The notes beneath the pieces are model-generated. The model worked only from the letters and a program-made list of their open reading frames with translations, was not told the DNA's origin and did no database searches. From a virus, in the UHGV virus genome UHGV-0116456: DNA of 30,121 nt, one strand, 5' to 3'. Positions 1 through 5,681 of this stretch are shown here, one piece after another. Position 1 is the stretch's first letter. Every line of letters begins with the position of its first letter. Made by a program: the position numbers and the translations under genes.

Positions 1-46
1 TCTAATTTTGCAATAGTGGAATATTGGTATACGAAACCGTGATATT

Positions 47-81
47 AAAAGCCGCCCGCCCTCAAGGAGAGAGCAGACGGC
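47..81 (-). terminator. Intrinsic terminator downstream of hicB
   Basis: Minus strand GCCGTCTGCTCTC-TCCTT-GAGGGCGGGCGGC stem (with G-U pairs) followed by TTTT, about 15 nt after the hicB stop. Confidence 0.7.
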
Positions 82-96
82 CATAAAGAGTCGAGG

Positions 97-492
97 TTAT
101 AGATGCAACTCATTTCTCAGGGCGTTTTGCAAGACAGAAGAGAAGTTAATACCCTCTCTTTCCGCCATTGTATTAAGCCATGCGGGTATTGTCAGAGTTT
201 TCTTAACCGCTTTGTTGTCGTTAAGGCGGCGGTACTCAATAGTGTCACATCCCACCAGAGACACGGTGTCAGCTCCCCCGCGCGCAATAGCTTGGACAGG
301 CGATGGAGTCGGAATTGAGGCTCTGGCTTCCTCCATATCGTACAGTCGCATACAGAGCACATCCTGTGCTGCGTCAAACGCGTCCTGTAGGTCGTCGCCG
401 CATGTATAGCACTGCGGAATATCAGGGAAATTCACGGAGTACTGTCCATTATTCTCTTTTGTAAATATAGCCGGAAACAAATACTTTGCCAT
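97..492 (-). CDS. hicB: HicB family antitoxin
   Basis: N-terminal YxFPAIF..GQYSVNFPDIPQCYTCGDDLQDA and C-terminal AVKKTLTIPAWLN..AEREGINFSSVLQNAL ribbon-helix-helix. Lies directly downstream of hicA. Confidence 0.93.
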   Translation of the reverse strand: MAKYLFPAIFTKENNGQYSVNFPDIPQCYTCGDDLQDAFDAAQDVLCMRLYDMEEARASIPTPSPVQAIARGGADTVSLVGCDTIEYRRLNDNKAVKKTLTIPAWLNTMAEREGINFSSVLQNALRNELHL

Positions 493-528
493 GTATATAC
501 CCCTTTCTGGTTGACGGAGGGGCGGGCT

Positions 529-714
529 TTATTCAAGCCCGCTGTCCTCTTTAATTGATTTTAGTGTGCCCGTCGCAATTTCTTGCCCGTCATGTCTGCT
601 GACCGGAAATTGTTTGCCGGTGATCGGGCTATACCACATTTCATGTCGCTTACCTTCGTGGTGTTTATAGCAACCGATTTTTTTAAGCTTACGTTTTAGC
701 TCTCCTGCATTCAT
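529..714 (-). CDS. hicA: HicA family mRNA interferase toxin (61 aa from ATG 714)
   Basis: MNAGELKRKLKKIGC..EGKRHEMWYSP..FPVSRH..EIATGTLKSI is the HicA pattern with the conserved His. RBS GAGG lies upstream of ATG 714. Confidence 0.92.
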   Translation of the reverse strand: MNAGELKRKLKKIGCYKHHEGKRHEMWYSPITGKQFPVSRHDGQEIATGTLKSIKEDSGLE

Positions 715-733
715 TTCCTCACCTCTTGATGTT

Positions 734-762
734 ATTATAACACGTATTAATACGTATGTCAA
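734..762 (-). promoter_or_regulatory. hicAB sigma-A promoter with palindromic operator
   Basis: Perfect TTGACA (762-757), 17-bp spacer, TATAAT (739-734). The spacer holds the perfect palindrome ACGTATTAATACGT (742-755), a likely HicB operator. Confidence 0.85.
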
Positions 763-813
763 TAGATTTATGATAAAAAGTTGAGCGAAAAAGAAAAACG
801 GGGAGGCGTTTTT

Positions 814-1938
814 ATGGCTAGAAAATCAATCAAACGCGAAAACGGAAGTGGATCGGTATATAAGCGATCCGACCTCAAGCGGCGCCCGTGGGTGGCTGTA
901 GCGCCCGCAAAGCTCGGCCTGGATAGCAATGACAAGCTCAGAGCCTCCCGAGCTGTGATCGGCCACTATGCCACCGCTGCGGAGGCAAGGGCGGTCCTTG
1001 CCGAATATCTGCAAAACCCAACCGAAAAAATCAACATTACCCTTGAGCAACTTCATGCGGAATGGCAGCCTATCGGATACCGGGGCATATCAGACGACCT
1101 CAAAAACAATTATAACAGTTGCTGGTATAAGATGCGTCCCCTCTACAAGAGGCGATTTCGGGATATCCGCACCGGAGACATGCAAGCGATCATTGACTAT
1201 TATGACAGCGACCATATCAAGGAGGGTAGGGAAGGGAAGCCTGTACTAGATAAGGATAAAAAACCAGTTATACGTGGGCCGCTATCGTTTTCCTCTCTTT
1301 CAAAAATTAAAGCCCTGCTAACCCTTATGTATGGTTACGCTATGCAAAACGATGTAATCAATAAGAATTACGCCTCGTTCATTGTCCTCCCTGCTCCCGG
1401 AGAGGCCAAAAAGGACAGGTTTACAGATCTAGAACTGCAACAAATAAAAAACGCCATAGGAAAGGTTCCGATGGCAGATTTGATATATGTAATGTGCTGT
1501 ACCGGGCACCGGATTGGCGAGTTTGTGGCACTCAACGAAGGAGACGTGATCCGGCACGGCGATCACCTGCTTCTGTATGGAGGCAATAAGACGGATGCGG
1601 GGGAGAGCAAGGTTGTGCCGGTTAACAGCTCTGTGAGACCGATAGTAGAGGATTGGATCGCCAAAGGCGGTAACACGATCTTTTGTCGGGAGGACGGAAG
1701 TGCGTGGTCCGTCGATAATTTCCGCGACCATTTTAAAAGATGCTTGGAGACGATCGGAACGCGGGTGTTAACTCCACACGCAACTAGGCGCACATTTTCC
1801 ACGCGGCTGTCAGCGTCAGGGGTTCGTCCCGAAGATATTATTGCCCTCATGGGGCACACAAATTTCGATGTGGATATTAAACACTACATAAATCAAGAGG
1901 CGGACACCCTCATAAAAGCTGTGGAAAAACTTGCGTAA
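814..1938 (+). CDS. int: Tyrosine recombinase / phage integrase (374 aa from ATG 814)
   Basis: N-terminal arm-binding motif KRENGSGSVYK. Catalytic residues R (TGHRIGE), K (GNKT), HxxR (HATRR), H (LMGH), Y (KHYI). GGAGG RBS precedes ATG 814. Confidence 0.96.
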   Translation: MARKSIKRENGSGSVYKRSDLKRRPWVAVAPAKLGLDSNDKLRASRAVIGHYATAAEARAVLAEYLQNPTEKINITLEQLHAEWQPIGYRGISDDLKNNYNSCWYKMRPLYKRRFRDIRTGDMQAIIDYYDSDHIKEGREGKPVLDKDKKPVIRGPLSFSSLSKIKALLTLMYGYAMQNDVINKNYASFIVLPAPGEAKKDRFTDLELQQIKNAIGKVPMADLIYVMCCTGHRIGEFVALNEGDVIRHGDHLLLYGGNKTDAGESKVVPVNSSVRPIVEDWIAKGGNTIFCREDGSAWSVDNFRDHFKRCLETIGTRVLTPHATRRTFSTRLSASGVRPEDIIALMGHTNFDVDIKHYINQEADTLIKAVEKLA

Positions 1939-1962
1939 TGCCGGTTTTCCTTTTCCAAAAAA

Positions 1963-1982
1963 CGTAGCAACCCCGTAGCAAC
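1963..1982 (+). repeat. Integrase arm-type sites, left pair (CGTAGCAAC x2)
   Basis: CGTAGCAAC at 1963-1971 and 1974-1982, 11-bp period. An identical pair sits on the other side of the att core. Confidence 0.8.
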
Positions 1983-2026
1983 GTCCATTTTTTACAGCGA
2001 TTTTTATAGTTTTTCTGGATCATTGG

Positions 2027-2069
2027 AAAAATAAAAAAATGGCCTGAAACCTAAGTTTCAAGCCATTTT
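2027..2069 (-). terminator. Intrinsic terminator directly 3' of the tRNA fragment (possibly bidirectional, also ending int)
   Basis: Minus strand AAAATGGCTTGAAAC-TTAG-GTTTCAGGCCATTTT followed by a T-rich tract. Confidence 0.75.
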
Positions 2070-2070
2070 C

Positions 2071-2122
2071 TGGTCCGAGTGACAGGAGTCGAACCTGCGG
2101 CCTCTTGAACCCCATTCAAGCG
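2071..2122 (-). other. attP: attP core: 3' 52 bp of tRNA-Pro(GGG), not a full tRNA
   Basis: Minus strand CGCTTGAATGGGGTTCAAGAGGCCGCAGGTTCGACTCCTGTCACTCGGACCA gives anticodon arm CTTGA-ATGGGGT-TCAAG, T arm GCAGG-TTCGACT-CCTGT, the acceptor 3' strand and CCA. The D arm and 5' acceptor strand are absent. Confidence 0.9.
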
Positions 2123-2166
2123 GCGTTGGTATATTTTTGAGCAATAAAGCCAAAAAAAATATAATA

Positions 2167-2186
2167 CGTAGCAACCGCGTAGCAAC
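2167..2186 (+). repeat. Integrase arm-type sites, right pair (CGTAGCAAC x2)
   Basis: CGTAGCAAC at 2167-2175 and 2178-2186, same orientation and 11-bp period as the left pair. Confidence 0.8.
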
Positions 2187-2219
2187 CGCCGTTTATTGCT
2201 ATACTCTCTAGAGGAAAGC

Positions 2220-2309
2220 ATGGAGAACCTAAAAGTGCGCGTCTTCGCCCTGGAGGAAGCATCCAAAAAACAAGCCTCGCAGATCAGGGAATTACGGATG
2301 GCAAAATAA
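2220..2309 (+). CDS. 29-aa coiled-coil-like micro-ORF or gene remnant (MENLKVRVFALEEASKKQASQIRELRMAK)
   Basis: Translated by hand (below the ORF-track cutoff). GAGG upstream, and the stop runs straight into a terminator hairpin. Confidence 0.4.
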   Translation: MENLKVRVFALEEASKKQASQIRELRMAK

Positions 2310-2352
2310 AAAAACGCCGGGAGCACCCAATAGGATGCCCCCGGCTTTCTTT
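2308..2352. terminator. Bidirectional intrinsic terminator
   Basis: Minus strand GCCGGGGGCATCC-TATT-GGGTGCTCCCGGC followed by GTTTTTTT. The plus strand has a TTTCTTT tail. Confidence 0.8.
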
Positions 2353-2490
2353 GTCCGGCGTCCCGGAGTATTTGATCCCCTGACTTCGTCCGCGCCCTGA
2401 TCGTGGGCCGACTACTTGGCAGGCGATGTTAAGCAAAATAGGGCCGGTGCAGGCACCGCGCCCCGCAAAACCCGGCGGTTTTGTTCCTCG
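2308..2490 (-). ncRNA. Candidate structured small RNA (~180 nt), family unassigned
   Basis: Bounded by a promoter (2496-2524) and a terminator (2308-2345). Contains at least four hairpins and no convincing RBS-led ORF. Confidence 0.6.
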
Positions 2491-2495
2491 ATGCT

Positions 2496-2524
2496 ATTAT
2501 AGCACATATCCCTCCGATTTTAAA
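2496..2524 (-). promoter_or_regulatory. Sigma-A promoter with extended -10 driving the candidate ncRNA
   Basis: TTTAAA (2524-2519), 17-bp spacer, TGcTATAAT (-10 at 2501-2496). The inverted repeat CCGATTT..AAATCGG (2514-2538) overlaps the -35. Confidence 0.7.
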
Positions 2525-2572
2525 GTGGTCGAAATCGGCCAGTTTGAACCCATCGAATTCGAGGCAATTAAG

Positions 2573-2695
2573 CTATCCCTCGTTTTCGTCTTTCGGATTG
2601 GCGTTCTTTTCGGACTGCTCCAGCACTTCCAGCAGCCTTTCGGCGGCCTCGTCGTTGTCGATCACCACATCATGGTATATGCTGCTGGTTGGCAT
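2573..2695 (-). CDS. 40-aa acidic hypothetical protein (MPTSSIYHDVVIDNDEAAERLLEVLEQSEKNANPKDENEG)
   Basis: Translated by hand. The start overlaps the holin stop (TAATG), which indicates translational coupling. Confidence 0.6.
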   Translation of the reverse strand: MPTSSIYHDVVIDNDEAAERLLEVLEQSEKNANPKDENEG

Positions 2696-2946
2696 TACTC
2701 ACTCTTTCCCATCTGCTTGACGAGTTGGTTGCCGTACACCGCCGCGCCGGCGACCAGTACGCCTTGGATCACCGCGTCCACGGTGGGGCCCATGATGGCC
2801 AAGGCCCCGCCCACACCGAACACCAGCAGGATCAGCGGGATAAACTTATCCGGGATCACCTCGATATGTTTGACAATGGCCCCGATGATGACCAGGGCCG
2901 GGATCAGGACCAGGGCGTTGTCCACAATATAGTTGATGATGTCCAT
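2695..2946 (-). CDS. Phage holin
   Basis: 83 aa with three hydrophobic segments, IPDKFIPLIL and AVIQGVLVAGAAVYGNQLVKQ motifs typical of Firmicutes phage holins. Located in the lysis module. Confidence 0.88.
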   Translation of the reverse strand: MDIINYIVDNALVLIPALVIIGAIVKHIEVIPDKFIPLILLVFGVGGALAIMGPTVDAVIQGVLVAGAAVYGNQLVKQMGKSE

Positions 2947-2959
2947 GTCTCCATCTCCT

Positions 2960-3178
2960 TTACTTATGATAGTCCTCCAGGTCGGTAAGCCGGTGGTTAA
3001 TCACCTTGATCTGCTCTTCCACTACCGGCATTCTGGAGGCAAAGTTGTTGTGTTTGTCCACCTTTTTTTCAAGCTGTTCCACGCGGTAGCTGGTCAGCTT
3101 GAACCCCGAAAAGCTCCCGATCGCCGTACCGATCAACGCTAACCCGGCGGTTATGATCGGCACAAGGATTTCCGCCAT
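2960..3178 (-). CDS. Small membrane-anchored coiled-coil lysis-module protein (holin accessory / XhlA-like)
   Basis: N-terminal TM helix followed by YRVEQLEKKVDKHNN..VEEQIKVINHRLTDLE. Sits between endolysin and holin. Confidence 0.7.
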   Translation of the reverse strand: MAEILVPIITAGLALIGTAIGSFSGFKLTSYRVEQLEKKVDKHNNFASRMPVVEEQIKVINHRLTDLEDYHK

Positions 3179-3181
3179 CCC

Positions 3182-4252
3182 TTACACCCCCACGATCCTC
3201 ATCTGCACCCGGTCAATGGGCTTGCCGGGGACACCGGCATATTGCAGGGTGGGGGTGGGATTGTCGCAATTGCGGATCCAGGACCAATAATCCCGGCCGG
3301 GGTTGGATGCCCGGTATTCCACGGCATATCCGGGACAGTCGATCAGCTCCGCCTGGATCAAGTCGATGTCTTTACCGAGATTGCCAGCGTAGTCCTGGCC
3401 GTTCTCCTGCCAGTTGAGCCACCGGTCCCCGTCGATCTGGTGGACGCGCAGCCGGATCACCCCACGGCTGGACCTGGCATACAGGCCGGACAAGGCTTTA
3501 CCGCGTATTCCCGCAAACCCGCTGTTGTCGTCATCGTGGCAGCCGGTGATCTCCGACCACCATCTGCCATTGGCGTATGCCTGATACGTCACCTCCGGGG
3601 CCTCGGCCGGGGGCGCGGGCTCCACGCCTCCCTCGTCCAGTTTAATGCTGTTGTTTTTGATATAGTCGATCAGCCCATCCACATAGATAACGTCTCCCAT
3701 AATCTCAATAACCCCTTTCAGTTTCCGATCCACCTCGCGGCGGAACCTATCCATGTTGTACCCGTGCTTATCAAACCAGTGCTTGGGATCGCTGTGGTTC
3801 GACGCGATCCCCTTTTTGTACCCCTCATAGTGGCTGGTGATGTCCGCTGCCGTGAAGCCAAACTGACGGCAGAGCATCACACAGTAATCCACGGCATTGG
3901 CGATGCAAGCCCTGGTATACACCTCATACCGGGCGGGATCGTATGACGGGGACGACGCGCCCGGCCCCGGCTCGACCATCTCGAACGCAATATGGTCAAT
4001 ATTGGCGGGGTTGGCCCCTCCCGTCCCGCTGTGCCACGCCCCCATCTCGTAGGGGAGATACACCCACACCTCTTTGTCATCGACAAAGGCGTGGACGCAT
4101 TTCTCGATCCCCGGCTTGTTCCACCGGGAGAACCACCCCGAGGCGGGCACATACGCACAGCCGGTCGAGTGGACCATGATTCCTTTGAGCCGGTTTTTCC
4201 TCCCCACTTTGTAGCAATCGTTTTCCTTCATATATCGGGTGTGTATGGTCAT
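3182..4252 (-). CDS. Endolysin: N-acetylmuramoyl-L-alanine amidase (Amidase_2 type) with C-terminal Trp-rich cell-wall-binding region
   Basis: GIMVHSTG, CVHAFVD, AWHSG, TSHYEG..SNHSDP zinc-amidase motifs. A Pro-rich linker precedes three repeats of YxA..W..W..YAGxxGKxID. Confidence 0.92.
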   Translation of the reverse strand: MTIHTRYMKENDCYKVGRKNRLKGIMVHSTGCAYVPASGWFSRWNKPGIEKCVHAFVDDKEVWVYLPYEMGAWHSGTGGANPANIDHIAFEMVEPGPGASSPSYDPARYEVYTRACIANAVDYCVMLCRQFGFTAADITSHYEGYKKGIASNHSDPKHWFDKHGYNMDRFRREVDRKLKGVIEIMGDVIYVDGLIDYIKNNSIKLDEGGVEPAPPAEAPEVTYQAYANGRWWSEITGCHDDDNSGFAGIRGKALSGLYARSSRGVIRLRVHQIDGDRWLNWQENGQDYAGNLGKDIDLIQAELIDCPGYAVEYRASNPGRDYWSWIRNCDNPTPTLQYAGVPGKPIDRVQMRIVGV

Positions 4253-4265
4253 CGGGGTTCCTCCT

Positions 4266-5681
4266 TTACTTCCACCGGCCGATGGCGAAACACTTGATCG
4301 ATAGCGGCGTTCCGTTAGTCGTTGCCAGTGCGCTCAAGACCGCAACCTTACCGACCGATGTCGACGACGTGTTGGTCACAGATGTGGTCCATTTGGTTGG
4401 CTCGTATTGCTGCTCCGCCTTAACAAAGGGAGTCCCATAAAACGATTCCGGAAACGTCCCCAAATCTATAAATGAGCTAATATATAAACTCCCGGACGCG
4501 GAAAAAGGCTCCACTGACATGGTCCTTGTCGCGGTCCAAATCATCGTCCCGTCATCATATTTAACCCAATACCCGGTAGACGCCGATCCCCCCGAATCCG
4601 CGATTCCTGCCGTGGCAAAGTCTGTTCCGGCCTCCGCCGCCGATACATTGGCCCCGTTGCCTTTGAGTAGGCCAGTAATGTTCGTCTCCGTGTTGGTGCT
4701 CACCTCGTTCGGGCCGGGCGCTCCGTCCGCTCCCGTTTCGCCCTGCGGGCCCTGGATCGTCCCATTGTCCACCCATGTTCCGCCAACCGCATCAAAAATA
4801 TAGATGGTATACGGGGCTGACGTTCCCACGCCGTACACATCTCCCGCAGTAGGGCTCGGAACCGCCGCTTGAAGCAGCGCCAGGGTGTCATAATACCCAA
4901 GGACACGAAAATCCTCTCCGGGGTTCCCTTTTTTGCCTTGTGGTCCCGGTGGGCCAATAAATTCCCCGTTATCAAGCTTTTGCTGTACCGTATCGGCCAC
5001 CGTCTGCGCCGTATCCGCCGCTGTCTCCGCATTTGCCGCCGCTTGATTGGCTGTGGACGCCGCTGTGTTTGCGTTCGTCGCCGCCGTATTGGCCTCATCG
5101 GCTTTTTGTTCAGCCCGGGTCGCGGCCGCTTCTGCCTGCGACTTTGCCTGATTGGCTCCGGATGCCGCTGTGTTTGCGTTTGTCGCCGCCGTATTGGCCG
5201 CCCCCGCTTTTTCTCCGGCCAGCGCCGCCGCTGTATTGGCCGCGCCAGCCGCGTTGTTTGCGGCCTCCGTTGCCGTATTTACCTCCCCGATCATTGCTGT
5301 CAGCACAGACCAATCATCACTCGTGTCCATTGCCCCCTCTAAATCGGATGGGCGGACATCAAACACGATCCCCGTAACTTTTAGCACGTCGTCGCCTTTG
5401 GTAAGCACAATCTGCGCCTTTGCGTCACCTGGCGTTGTCATCATGGGCACGGACGCCGTGATCTTGTTTCCGGAGATCGTGCAGTCGGTAAAGATTTTCC
5501 GACCTCCGGCCTCGGTGATGTATAACTGGGCGGCATATCCCGACAATTCCATGGCCGTTCTCGCCGCATCCTGTATTTCTATCGTCAGCTCACGAGTACC
5601 GATTTCGCCTTGTACAACGGCAAGTTTTCGAAAATCCTGGTTCCATACCCTTAAATTCACTGTTTCCGTAACCACTGTCAC
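4266..5681 (-). CDS. Baseplate upper / tail fibre (receptor-binding) protein
   Basis: BppU-like N-terminus (VVQGEIGTRELTI), Ala/Asn/Thr coiled-coil repeats, collagen-like GPPGPQG triplets, and a C-terminal GYWVKYDDGTMI...AIGRWK head domain. Confidence 0.8.
   Translation of the reverse strand: MTVVTETVNLRVWNQDFRKLAVVQGEIGTRELTIEIQDAARTAMELSGYAAQLYITEAGGRKIFTDCTISGNKITASVPMMTTPGDAKAQIVLTKGDDVLKVTGIVFDVRPSDLEGAMDTSDDWSVLTAMIGEVNTATEAANNAAGAANTAAALAGEKAGAANTAATNANTAASGANQAKSQAEAAATRAEQKADEANTAATNANTAASTANQAAANAETAADTAQTVADTVQQKLDNGEFIGPPGPQGKKGNPGEDFRVLGYYDTLALLQAAVPSPTAGDVYGVGTSAPYTIYIFDAVGGTWVDNGTIQGPQGETGADGAPGPNEVSTNTETNITGLLKGNGANVSAAEAGTDFATAGIADSGGSASTGYWVKYDDGTMIWTATRTMSVEPFSASGSLYISSFIDLGTFPESFYGTPFVKAEQQYEPTKWTTSVTNTSSTSVGKVAVLSALATTNGTPLSIKCFAIGRWK

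Noticed and set aside
2071..2122. Functional phage-encoded tRNA-Pro
   Set aside because: Only the anticodon arm to CCA is present. Upstream sequence cannot form a D arm or 5' acceptor strand, so it is an att core.
1939..2220. Junction between two tandem integrated elements rather than attP
   Set aside because: Identical arm repeats on both sides and circular closure of the window ends favour a single excised genome. Not formally excluded without reads.
2350..2490. Known self-cleaving ribozyme or riboswitch
   Set aside because: No hammerhead CUGANGA/GAAA core or other consensus recognisable by eye, and no downstream gene for a riboswitch to control. An Rfam scan is still needed.
2426..2932. 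168-aa plus-strand ORF over the ncRNA promoter and holin
   Set aside because: Antisense to the holin and the 40-aa coupled ORF, with no convincing RBS or motif.
4266..4620. Diversity-generating retroelement target in the tail fibre tip
   Set aside because: No reverse transcriptase gene and no second near-copy differing at adenines was seen anywhere in the window.
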